A DNA stretch of 64,000 nucleotides from a virus, in IMG/VR virus record IMGVR_UViG_3300045988_125866; one strand, written 5' to 3'. The notes under the pieces were generated by a model, which was given only the letters and a program-made list of their open reading frames with translations, had not been told where the DNA came from and searched no databases. The translations under genes were made by a program, and so were the position numbers. Positions within the stretch are counted from its first letter, which is position 1. Every line of letters starts with the position of its first letter. Shown here piece after piece: positions 17,947-26,262 of the stretch.

Positions 17947-18381
17947 ATGTTAGAAGGAGTAGAAAAGGAAACGCTCGAAAAGTGGGCCAAGGAGTGCAAT
18001 GAGAAGTATCATAAACTTTTCATACAAACTCTTCAAAAGCCTATGTTGGGCGAGATTGGAACGAACGGACAGATGATCAAAGAGCTGAAAGACCTAAATA
18101 TGAGCTACTTTGAGGAAATGAGCGACTACACAGATGGGTTTATCGATGACATTGATGGCGGTTTCATCGAACTCTTCGAGAAAGCAGAGGAGAATGGAAT
18201 AAACGTCATACAGGAAGCGAAAGAGTGTCTTTTTACCCTTAAAGACGTAGACGACATGCTTAATGCTAAACATTGGGTCAACGAAGATGGCCATATATGC
18301 GACGAAGAAGGCAATAGACTTTCCGAAGACAGAGAGCATCGAGTATTCGAGGTTATCAAGGGAGGCAAGTGTGACGATTAG
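17947..18381 (+). CDS. hypothetical acidic protein (144 aa)
   Basis: ORF track. Exact TTAGAATTATG. Stop in TAGCTAAAACC plus hairpin. Confidence 0.7.
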   Translation: MLEGVEKETLEKWAKECNEKYHKLFIQTLQKPMLGEIGTNGQMIKELKDLNMSYFEEMSDYTDGFIDDIDGGFIELFEKAEENGINVIQEAKECLFTLKDVDDMLNAKHWVNEDGHICDEEGNRLSEDREHRVFEVIKGGKCDD

Positions 18382-18455
18382 CTAAAACCGGGGAGTAGAA
18401 ATACTCCCTGCAATTATTAACCAAGCCCTACGCAGCACGGTCAAGCGAAAAAGAT

Positions 18456-18722
18456 ATGAAGCAATTCAAGGTATATTGGAATAATACAGTAGAGATTAAT
18501 ATGGTAGCAGATTTCGATACCATAGACGAAGCTAAACAGTATTGTGATGAGAATACGAAAGGGTATGATGAAGTCGGCGACAATGATAATTGCTGGGAAG
18601 GTCGCAGTAATAACTTCCACTACGAAGTTTACGATGGCGACAAAGAGATACTGGATGAAGATGGCGATGTTGTAGATTTCAACGAACCAGTTTACGAGAC
18701 ACCTCAGTATTATTGCGATTAA
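18456..18722 (+). CDS. hypothetical acidic protein (88 aa)
   Basis: ORF track. Preceded by the 26-nt leader repeat AGCCCTACGCAGCACGGTCAAGCGAA (18424-18449). Confidence 0.65.
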   Translation: MKQFKVYWNNTVEINMVADFDTIDEAKQYCDENTKGYDEVGDNDNCWEGRSNNFHYEVYDGDKEILDEDGDVVDFNEPVYETPQYYCD

Positions 18723-18764
18723 TAAACTTTCTAAGCCCTACGCATCACGGTCAAGCGAAGAAAT

Positions 18765-19082
18765 ATGATTACTAAAGAATTGGCAAAACAACTCATTGAA
18801 CAGGCTGAGTATAATTGCTCAGGCGAAAAAGTGGAGTACAATATAGACGACATACTTCCGCTCAGTGAAGACGGTGCTTATCTCGTTTTCGCATCATCCG
18901 AGTCTTGCAAGACATCTTTTGTCTGCTACGAAGATGGAACGGCTTATTTTCTCAGCGACTGGCAGGGTTGTTACCCTGTAAGCGAAAATGCAATAGCCGA
19001 GTTCAATAACTGGGTCACGATAGATTGGAAGGAATCGCCCGTCATCTTTAACGGACTTCCAAGAGTTCTATTTGATTTATAA
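18765..19082 (+). CDS. hypothetical protein (105 aa)
   Basis: ORF track. Preceded by leader repeat copy 18734-18759. Confidence 0.65.
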   Translation: MITKELAKQLIEQAEYNCSGEKVEYNIDDILPLSEDGAYLVFASSESCKTSFVCYEDGTAYFLSDWQGCYPVSENAIAEFNNWVTIDWKESPVIFNGLPRVLFDL

Positions 19083-19120
19083 ACTAATTTAGCCCTCGAC
19101 ATCACGGTTAAGTCGTTTCG

Positions 19121-19636
19121 ATGAAGAAGATATTATCTATAGCAATAATCACTATTGCTGGAATTTCACTTGTTTCCTGCAATTCTATGGAGCACAAGGC
19201 GAAGAGTCAGCTTCGAAGTACATTAGAAGAACTCGCTAAGAACCCAGAGTCTTTTAGTATATCAAAAGAGAAGGTAATATTCTCAAATGACTCCATGTGT
19301 ACTATTTCGTTCATAGGAAGAGGGCAGAATGGCTTTGGCGGCTATACATCTTCAAGAATGGAGTACACACTTCTAAAAATAGAGAACGAAAAGGGAAAAA
19401 CTCAATACGACGAGGCTCTGCTTGACATGGAGGATAAAGACCAGAGAAAAGGCTCTATCAAGGAGGCTTTGGAGAATGTTGACGGAGGATACCTGTACGG
19501 ATCGGAGAAGGATGTCTATAATGAATGCCTTAGAGATTGTGGTGGCGACAAGGAGAAGGCAAGAGCGGATTATCTGTTCTCAACGGCACTCTGTAACGTA
19601 ATTAGCAACGGAAGAATAGTCGATTCAGACGACTAA
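19121..19636 (+). CDS. lipoprotein (171 aa)
   Basis: Signal peptide with lipobox MKKILSIAIITIAGISLVSC. Preceded by a degenerate leader repeat, 19091-19115. Confidence 0.7.
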   Translation: MKKILSIAIITIAGISLVSCNSMEHKAKSQLRSTLEELAKNPESFSISKEKVIFSNDSMCTISFIGRGQNGFGGYTSSRMEYTLLKIENEKGKTQYDEALLDMEDKDQRKGSIKEALENVDGGYLYGSEKDVYNECLRDCGGDKEKARADYLFSTALCNVISNGRIVDSDD

Positions 19637-19664
19637 TATAAAATATTTATAAACTTTACAAATT

Positions 19665-20177
19665 ATGAAGAAGTTATTATTTGTTTTAGCGTTAATAGCG
19701 TTTGCTTCTTGTAACAGTTCTCAATCACAAATGAAGAAATGGGTCGAAGACAAGATTGAAAAGCAAGCAACATCAAAAGGACAAAAATATGAAGCGTCAG
19801 ACTTCGGAACGTTTTACGCAATCGGTTTCAAAGAAAATGCGGATTCCCTTGCTAAAGCAAAAGGTATGACACCAATGGGTGATGATGATGTGTATTGGAA
19901 AATGATAAACCGAGAAGGGTGGATTGCGGGTAATCTACAAGAGAATCCATTCTGTGATTTGTCAAAAGTAAAGGAAACAGCCGTTGAGATTGATAACTTT
20001 ATCAAAGAACAACATCTTACTGCTAATTGTTATTTCGTAATTCATAAATACAAAATAACGGATAGCGACCTTGGTGTTAGCTCTAATATGACTGCTGGTT
20101 TGGTCATTGGCGCACCTGGAGAAAAATACGAAGGAGTCCTACATTGTTGTGAGAAGTCAATCCAGCCCAACGAGTAA
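19665..20177 (+). CDS. lipoprotein (170 aa)
   Basis: Signal peptide with lipobox MKKLLFVLALIAFASC. Followed by a terminator-like hairpin plus T-run at about 20188-20222. Confidence 0.7.
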   Translation: MKKLLFVLALIAFASCNSSQSQMKKWVEDKIEKQATSKGQKYEASDFGTFYAIGFKENADSLAKAKGMTPMGDDDVYWKMINREGWIAGNLQENPFCDLSKVKETAVEIDNFIKEQHLTANCYFVIHKYKITDSDLGVSSNMTAGLVIGAPGEKYEGVLHCCEKSIQPNE

Positions 20178-20261
20178 TGTCTATTCAGCCATCCATCTAA
20201 TCGGTGGGTGGCTTTTTTATTAAAAATCGCAAAAATATAGCAAGAATACAGAAATTTTTCG

Positions 20262-20333
20262 TATCTTTGCAGTGTCTATAAATAATTGTGGCGAGGTTGG
20301 AAGCTCTGCTGCAAAACAGCGGGGCATTTTTTT
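20262..20333 (+). ncRNA. candidate short transcript (about 55-60 nt): -7 box plus intrinsic terminator
   Basis: TATCTTTG (20262-20269; no clear -33 box). About 35 nt later comes stem gctctgctg/cagcggggc (20303-20325, 7 Watson-Crick plus 2 G-U pairs), then attttttt (20326-20333). Confidence 0.3.
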
Positions 20334-20514
20334 ATGCTCGCTTATCTTACGAGAATACGATATAACCATATATCAAAGATATTAGGTGTATCGCCCCTTG
20401 CGCATATTGTAATGATATGTGCGTGCTTTCCACAATTAGGCATAGACAGAGGGTAGCGATGCACCTTCTTTGTGTATCAACCCTACATTTGTCTAACGTC
20501 TAAAATTAATTGTA

Positions 20515-21321
20515 ATGGACGAAAATTTAATTTTAACAAAGGATAGTGTTCCATCGGACATCGAACGCTACTTCCGCGGTGTGTTGGCATTAGACCAACA
20601 AGACAAGGTGTTTTCTGTAAACCTTGATGATGTTTGGCAGTTGGTTTACTCTGAAAAAAGTAAAGCGGTTAGGGCGTTAAAAGCTAACTTTATTGAAAAT
20701 GTGGACTTTATAGTTATCGCCCAAAATGGCGAAAAAGGAAGACCAGTTGATTTCTATTACCTCACTTCCGCTTGCTTGGAGTACTTCATTGCCCGTAAGG
20801 TTCGCCCAGTATTCGAGGTTTATCGCAGAGTGTTCCATCATGCAGTTGCGCAAGTTCAGCAGCCATCTTTGCAGGAGCAGATTCAAGCCAACCTCACCTT
20901 TGCGGATTGGGCTATCAAGACCCTCAACATCAACGAGGCATCCAAACTTGGATGGGCGAAGAAGATTAGCGACAAGTTCGGTTTGGCTGCCGAATTACCA
21001 GATGCAGTAAACGCAGGAACGGAAAAGCCGATCACCCACGCTGCCACAGACTTATTGAAGTCACACAACGTTGGCATCTCTGCACAAGCTTTCAATCGTA
21101 TGCTCGAACTCAAAGGAGTGGTAAAGCATGCTACTCGACCAGGAAAGCACGGAAAAGTGCATAGCTGGTATGTTATCACTCCTGCCTTCGACAAGTACGG
21201 ACAGAACCAGCAAGACCCGAAGTTCCAACAGCAGACGCAGATACGTTGGTATGACGCAACATTCAACGAATTACTTACAATCGTTGGACTTAACAGACAA
21301 ACATTATTAAACTTAAAGTAA
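20515..21321 (+). CDS. antirepressor-like protein with KilAC-type C-terminal domain (268 aa)
   Basis: N-terminus FSVNLDDVWQLVYSEKSKAVRALKANFIENVDF (Bro/Ant-like). C-terminus HAATDLLKSHNVGISAQAFNRMLELKGVV...WYVITPAFDKYG resembles KilAC. TACATTTG -7 box at 20484-20491. Confidence 0.55.
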   Translation: MDENLILTKDSVPSDIERYFRGVLALDQQDKVFSVNLDDVWQLVYSEKSKAVRALKANFIENVDFIVIAQNGEKGRPVDFYYLTSACLEYFIARKVRPVFEVYRRVFHHAVAQVQQPSLQEQIQANLTFADWAIKTLNINEASKLGWAKKISDKFGLAAELPDAVNAGTEKPITHAATDLLKSHNVGISAQAFNRMLELKGVVKHATRPGKHGKVHSWYVITPAFDKYGQNQQDPKFQQQTQIRWYDATFNELLTIVGLNRQTLLNLK

Positions 21322-21335
21322 AAGGAGATTAAACT

Positions 21336-21596
21336 ATGAATGAGAATAATGTAGATTACGACATGCTTGAGAATGTAAAACAGCCAAGACTCGCCAAGAC
21401 ACTCATCAAACTGAGCGAGGTATACAGAGAGTATATGAAAGAGACAAACATGGCTTGTGAGAAATTAGGAGTTCCATGCGACAGACAGCAGAACAACTTT
21501 ATCATAAACTACAATAAGTTGACTGCCATCATCACAGGGACAATAGCTTCAATAATGGACGTAGAGGTAAACGAGGCTGTCAGTATATCAGACTAA
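21336..21596 (+). CDS. hypothetical protein (86 aa)
   Basis: ORF track. GGAG-like aaggagatt upstream. Followed by a strong terminator. Confidence 0.6.
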   Translation: MNENNVDYDMLENVKQPRLAKTLIKLSEVYREYMKETNMACEKLGVPCDRQQNNFIINYNKLTAIITGTIASIMDVEVNEAVSISD

Positions 21597-21620
21597 GATA
21601 GCTCACGTATTTCTGCTTCA

Positions 21621-21656
21621 CCTCGCTTGGCACAAGCTGTCGAGCGAGGTTTTTTA
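21621..21656 (+). terminator. intrinsic terminator
   Basis: cctcgct...agcgagg stem (21621-21627 / 21643-21649) followed by tttttt. Confidence 0.7.
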
Positions 21657-21774
21657 TTGAAAAAAATCTAAAAATGTTAAAATCTTACTTTTCCAAAAAG
21701 CCCCGTAAATATACCTAAATATCAAATACGAAACTTATCTATGTCTAAACCTTGTTAATGCAAAAAGTGCCAAA

Positions 21775-21806
21775 TTTGGCGATAAAAAACCTATTGCGTA
21801 CCTTTG
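21775..21806 (+). promoter_or_regulatory. Bacteroidota-type promoter driving the RNase H leader
   Basis: TTTG (21775-21778), 20-nt spacer, TACCTTTG (21799-21806). Confidence 0.6.
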
Positions 21807-21812
21807 TAGCGC

Positions 21813-22269
21813 TTATCAGAAATCGCTCGCTGATAAATTGAATATGCTTTATCTTAGTGGCTTTTGCCACTCCATGATATACCCTATCCAATACTCGGAG
21901 AGCGACTGAGTAGAGGATAGGGTAAATTCTTTTATCCTATTCCTCGAAGTCAAGGTGGAAGAGACGGCTAAATACACCACGCACACCAAGACTTTAAATG
22001 CAAGTGGGACTCATGGCAAAAGTGCAGGGTTTAATCGCAGAAGGCACGAGAAGGGTGGATGCTACAATCCGAAAGCTGCGACGCTGAAGCACGTGTAGTT
22101 CGTGTAGAGGTCGAATGAAGGGTCAATATACTGGGTCCATGCCATTCGAGGAATCCCACGCCTACAAGTTTTTTCTTGTGGGTAAGGGGGATTCTCTCAA
22201 TCAGCTATCTGCAACCTGTTCCATATTCTTTAAATAATGTAAGTATAAATTTAAATAAAATATTATATC
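21813..22269 (+). ncRNA. long structured 5' leader or independent ncRNA upstream of RNase HI (about 450 nt)
   Basis: No ORF. Local hairpins ttatcag/ctgataa, gtggc/gccac and accctatcc/ggatagggt. A 10-bp long-range helix attcctcgaa (21939-21948) / ttcgaggaat (22145-22154) encloses about 200 nt. A competing pairing gaatccc (22151-22157) / gggattc (22188-22194) also exists. Confidence 0.35.
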
Positions 22270-22989
22270 ATGGATAAAGATAAAGAAAATAATATTATTA
22301 TACCCACGCGCGAGGAGTTTGAGGACTTCTGCTCACTGAAGCTTGGGTATAATGACAGAGAGTTTACATCAGAATTGTGGAAAACCTGCCAAAAAGTTGG
22401 TTGGAGGAAGAAAAACGGCGACCCTCCGAAGAGCTGGCAGATACTGGTTATATGCTATAATGGCATCGTGCTTCCAAAATTCGGTCGCAAACCATACAAA
22501 CGAGCATCTGTATCAGAAAAAAGCGGAGAAGAGGAGTTCCCGGATAACGGCATGCACTATATCGCCTATACTGATGGTAGCTGTGAAAACAAATCATCCA
22601 GAAAGGCAGGTGGATCCGCCTATGTCCTGATTAAGGATGAAGAGGTTGTTAGAGTCAAGAATCACGGCCAACTCAACACTACGAACAATCGTATGGAGCT
22701 GCTTGCCATAATTTCTGCGGTCAATGCCTGCCCGGACGGCGCCTTTGTTGATGTTTATACTGATAGCAAATATAGCATACTGACCCTTGAGAAGACGTAC
22801 AAGCCGGATATAAATGGTGACCTGTGGGAACTATACCAAAAGCATTCTCGCCACGTTGCTGGAGTTCGCTTGCATTGGGTTAAAGGCCACAACGGAGATC
22901 ATTATAACGAGATGGCAGACGAAATGGCGTACGGAGCGTATTGCGAGATTTGTGACAAATATGGAATAAAGAAAAGTAATAGACACTAA
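22270..22989 (+). CDS. RNase HI-domain protein with about 95-aa N-terminal extension (239 aa)
   Basis: DEDD residues in canonical contexts: YTDGSC, TNNRMELLAI, VYTDSKY, WVKGHNGDHYNEMADEMA. Confidence 0.85.
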   Translation: MDKDKENNIIIPTREEFEDFCSLKLGYNDREFTSELWKTCQKVGWRKKNGDPPKSWQILVICYNGIVLPKFGRKPYKRASVSEKSGEEEFPDNGMHYIAYTDGSCENKSSRKAGGSAYVLIKDEEVVRVKNHGQLNTTNNRMELLAIISAVNACPDGAFVDVYTDSKYSILTLEKTYKPDINGDLWELYQKHSRHVAGVRLHWVKGHNGDHYNEMADEMAYGAYCEICDKYGIKKSNRH

Positions 22990-23055
22990 TCTTCTATCCT
23001 ATATTTCTTATTGGTATAGAGGTGTTATATATATTACAATAAAAAAATAGACGCA

Positions 23056-23259
23056 ATGAAGAAAATTAAATGGAAAATCGCCGCATTCGTGGCGTGGGTT
23101 GTAATAACCCTCATGGTCGTAGATGTCGGGCTCAGGGGAGTGAGCAAGGCAGACACAACGACGAACATCGTAAGCGTAGCCATCCTCCTGATATGGCTTC
23201 TCGTTTCAATCGCAACGGATTGTTTAACATTCAAAAATAAAAAAGATGAAAAAGATTAA
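23056..23259 (+). CDS. small 2-TM membrane protein (67 aa), possible partner of the SPFH protein
   Basis: Two hydrophobic helices. The 3' end overlaps the start of the SPFH gene, suggesting translational coupling. Confidence 0.6.
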   Translation: MKKIKWKIAAFVAWVVITLMVVDVGLRGVSKADTTTNIVSVAILLIWLLVSIATDCLTFKNKKDEKD

Positions 23260-24031
23260 ATTCGTGTTCATGTTGTCGCTGATTCTTTCAGTGTTGTGTT
23301 TAACTTCTTGCAGCGAGCGTATCGACGCAGGTTCTGAGGGTATCCTGGTGAACCTCTACGGCTCTGACAAGGGCGTTGATGACGTTAGTCTCGTTACAGG
23401 CCGCGTGTGGTACAATCCTTTCACGGAGGAGGTCTATGAGTACCCAACGTTCGTTCAGACCATTGACTACCCTGCATTCACCATCAACGCCAAGGATGGC
23501 TCCGAGTTCACTGTGGACCCTACCGTGTCACTGAAGATGGTTGACGGCAATGCGCCGAGAGTGTTCAAGAAGTACCGCAAGGAGTTGAAAGACATCGTTA
23601 ATGGTACTTTGTTCAACTACGTGAAGGACGCCTTCCGCATTCAGCTCAACAAGTACACAACTGATCAGATTGTCAGCAACAGGGATTTGGTTGAACGTGC
23701 CATCGAGGCGCAGCTCAGCAAGGCTCTCGCCAGGGAGCACTTCCATCTAGAGCAGTTGACATCAGGCTTGAAGTATCCGAGTTCCATCGTGGAGGCCGTT
23801 AATCAGAAAAACAAGGCTATCCAGGAGGCACAGAGAGCACTCAACGAGGTTGCGGTCAAGAAGGCAGAGGCGGAAAAAATGCTCGTACAGGCGCGTGCAG
23901 AACGTGAGGCCAACGAACTCAAGACAGCTTCCCTCACTCCTGCTATCTTGAAAAAGATGTGGATTGAGAAATGGGATGGCCGTCTCCCTGTTTACGGGAA
24001 CGTTCCTCAGATGATGATGACAACCAAGTAG
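23246..24031 (+). CDS. SPFH/Band-7 (prohibitin-like) lipoprotein (261 aa)
   Basis: Lipobox LSVLCLTSC. SPFH-like core followed by an Ala/Glu-rich coiled coil (QEAQRALNEVAVKKAEAEKMLVQARAEREANELK). Confidence 0.7.
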   Translation: MKKIKFVFMLSLILSVLCLTSCSERIDAGSEGILVNLYGSDKGVDDVSLVTGRVWYNPFTEEVYEYPTFVQTIDYPAFTINAKDGSEFTVDPTVSLKMVDGNAPRVFKKYRKELKDIVNGTLFNYVKDAFRIQLNKYTTDQIVSNRDLVERAIEAQLSKALAREHFHLEQLTSGLKYPSSIVEAVNQKNKAIQEAQRALNEVAVKKAEAEKMLVQARAEREANELKTASLTPAILKKMWIEKWDGRLPVYGNVPQMMMTTK

Positions 24032-24039
24032 ATTACAGC

Positions 24040-24072
24040 ATCCCCACGCCATTTTACGAATGACGTGGGGAT
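24040..24072. terminator. bidirectional terminator hairpin between convergent genes
   Basis: atccccacg...cgtggggat (9-bp stem) flanked by T-rich sequence on both strands. Confidence 0.65.
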
Positions 24073-24080
24073 TTTCCTTT

Positions 24081-25244
24081 TTAACCGTTCAGATAGTCGA
24101 TGACTTTTCTGTTGGCCTCATCCACCTTTCTTGTGTCATATTTTATGTACGTCGAAGTTATCGCATTGTCCCAAAGCGAATGACCAAGAGAACGGCCTAT
24201 AACCTCCATTGGAATATCCATCTCGCTTGCGATCGTTGCCCAGGTGTGTCTGCTCCAGTAGCTTGTTATATCCTTCTCGACAGGGTGTATTGTGACATAA
24301 TAGCTGTGTCGCTCCTTTTCTCCTATTGTACGAAGGTGTCTTGTCATGTTGTTTGCGAAGGTGTTTGTAAGAGTCGTTCCAGCCTCCTCCAGGAAACTGA
24401 GAAGATAGTCCTTCTTCCTGCTCTTATGCCGGCTTATTATCTCCATTGCCTCAGGCTCAACCTTGATGTCGTACAATTTTCCTGTCTTGTTGCGCTTGTA
24501 GCTTATACGGCCATTCTTCAAAGCCGTCTTTGGAAGGAACAGCAGGTCGCTTATGTTGATACCGATGAGGTAGAAACATAGCATGAAGCAATCTCTGTAC
24601 ATGGCCTTCTTCCCGGTCAGCCTGAAATCCCTTATCGCACGCAGCTGTTCAAGGGTCAGGCAGCGCTTTTTGGTCTGCTCCTTTCTCAGCGTGATACCAC
24701 GGAACGGATACTTGTCCGTCAGTTCGTCGTCTATTGCCTTGTTGAAGGCGAACTTCATAATCTGAATGTCGGTAGATATTCCGTTCACAGCCCTTCCCTT
24801 ACTCTTCTCGTGGTCGATATAAGAAAGTACCCACTTCTTGTCAATAGTGTTAAAGTTACAGTTCTTGTCGTAAGCCTCAATCGTTCTCGCCACTCGCTCG
24901 TAATTTCTTCTCGTGTTGTACTTACCCTTCGTTTCTGCAACTTTAAGTATATACCCAACAAACGAACCTTGATCCGTCTTCTTTGCGCCCTTGACGATTT
25001 CCGTTACATGACTTTTTAGCTCATCTGCCGTCTCGTCCTTGTGGTTTAAAATGTAATCCTCCACGTCCGCATAGAGATTCGCAAGCCTTGCGGTCTTCGC
25101 CTTTGCGTTTCGGTCCGACTTCGGGAATATCAACCCGGAAAACTTTTCAGTTGTCTGCAAACCTGTGTAGACATAGAACCTCTTGTACTTAAAGGTTATA
25201 GAAAAGAACACCTTTAGATCCCTTTTGTTTACATAAATCTTCAT
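24081..25244 (-). CDS. int: tyrosine integrase, Bacteroides type (387 aa)
   Basis: C-terminal catalytic region SYWSRHTWATIASEMDIPMEVIGRSLGHSLWDNAITSTYIKY (H-x-x-R, GH, Y). N-terminal arm/SAM-like region. Adjacent to the repressor and the excisionase-like gene. Confidence 0.85.
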   Translation of the reverse strand: MKIYVNKRDLKVFFSITFKYKRFYVYTGLQTTEKFSGLIFPKSDRNAKAKTARLANLYADVEDYILNHKDETADELKSHVTEIVKGAKKTDQGSFVGYILKVAETKGKYNTRRNYERVARTIEAYDKNCNFNTIDKKWVLSYIDHEKSKGRAVNGISTDIQIMKFAFNKAIDDELTDKYPFRGITLRKEQTKKRCLTLEQLRAIRDFRLTGKKAMYRDCFMLCFYLIGINISDLLFLPKTALKNGRISYKRNKTGKLYDIKVEPEAMEIISRHKSRKKDYLLSFLEEAGTTLTNTFANNMTRHLRTIGEKERHSYYVTIHPVEKDITSYWSRHTWATIASEMDIPMEVIGRSLGHSLWDNAITSTYIKYDTRKVDEANRKVIDYLNG

Positions 25245-25298
25245 TGCATGATTTCCTTTCGTTATCTAACGCTTCAGTCCAATCAGCCTGTTTGATTT

Positions 25299-25548
25299 TT
25301 GTTTGCATATTGTTTGCATTTTATAATATATTTGGGCGTATTTACGGGGCTTTTCGGGCTGTTTTTTACATTTTTAGCGTATCAGTTTTAATGTTTATAC
25401 TATTGAAAATCAGTGAGTTAAGTAGCGCTGTCGCCCAATACGTTACAGTTATCATTGCTATCTTTGTAACTTACTGATTATTAATTTATTATGAGTTTTT
25501 GAAAATATCTTGTTTGCGTATTGTTTGCAATTTTACTGCTTGTTTGCA
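25299..25548 (+). repeat. five direct TTGTTTGCR repeats in two 11-bp-phased clusters; candidate integrase arm sites or operators flanking a possible attP core
   Basis: Copies at 25299-25308, 25310-25319, 25510-25518, 25521-25529 and 25540-25548. Located between the int start (25244) and the repressor 3' end. A TTTG(25302)-N21-TATATTTG(25327-25334) promoter lies inside the region. Confidence 0.4.
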
Positions 25549-26000
25549 AGCATATCGAGAAGCTGCTTGATCTGAGCATCTTTGCTTGCAAGTTGTTTGC
25601 GCATATCTTTAATCTGTTCGTGGAGTATCCCAATCTCTTTGTCCTTTAAGGACTCGTCGCCTATAAAGAGATTTGATACTTTAGCAAACGCATTGTCCGG
25701 AGTACCCAGTGCTCCTTCGATGGATTTTTCGACATGTCCACCTATATTTATGTCTCTTCCTACACTATATGTATTGTCGGCATAAACATTTCCTTCTCCA
25801 CTTTTGAGCCATTTTTGATTTACGCCCATATACTTGCTTATCTTGAATATGTCTTTGTTCGTTATTCCATACTCGCCCTTTAGCTTCTTTCGAAGATTTC
25901 CAGGGTCAATATCAACTTTCTTCGAAAAAGAGTTGGCATTGTATCCATTCTCTTCCATAAGATGTTTTATTCGACAAATTAACTCTATATCCTTCTTCAT
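25533..26000 (-). CDS. cI-like repressor with XRE-family HTH (155 aa)
   Basis: In frame with track ORF 25533-26054. Start moved to ATG 26000 (MKKDIELICRIKHLMEENGYNANSFSKKVDIDPGNLRKKLKGEYGITNKDIFKISKYMGVNQKWL = HTH). Divergent from the lytic-direction genes. Confidence 0.7.
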   Translation of the reverse strand: MKKDIELICRIKHLMEENGYNANSFSKKVDIDPGNLRKKLKGEYGITNKDIFKISKYMGVNQKWLKSGEGNVYADNTYSVGRDINIGGHVEKSIEGALGTPDNAFAKVSNLFIGDESLKDKEIGILHEQIKDMRKQLASKDAQIKQLLDMLANKQ

Positions 26001-26019
26001 AATTACAAATATACAACTA

Positions 26020-26105
26020 AACACACGATTATTGTAAAATAACCTTAAAAACACACGATTTCACACGAAATTATTTGGTGTTTTCGAGTGAAAGTAGTAC
26101 CTTTG
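26020..26105. promoter_or_regulatory. immunity switch region: three CACACGAWWT operator-like repeats plus a rightward promoter
   Basis: AACACACGATT at 26020-26030 and 26050-26060. TCACACGAAATT at 26061-26072. TTTG (26074-26077), N20, TACCTTTG (26098-26105). Confidence 0.5.
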
Positions 26106-26262
26106 CAAATGTCAATCAGTTAGAACAACGGAAAGACAAAAGCAAGGTGGAACGAGTGGAAGCACTCATCCAACGATTAGACACCGCAAAGATACGTGTT
26201 TTACCTCGTTTTACCAAGTTTTTTTAGTTAATAATTTAAAACGAGTTAGAAAAAGATTTCTT

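Noticed and set aside
3560-20177. Integron-like gene-cassette array (recombinase plus hairpin-separated promoterless ORFs)
   Set aside because: The hairpins are short (6-9 bp) and sequence-variable. They lack the R''/L''-L'/R' architecture and GTTRRRY core of attC sites. The recombinase sits in the middle of the array in the same orientation, with no attI-like site. I kept only the weaker idea of junctions acting as recombination linkers.
24060-24765. Plus-strand ORFs 24060-24581 and 24583-24765
   Set aside because: They are antisense to the integrase gene, which has a clear catalytic signature.
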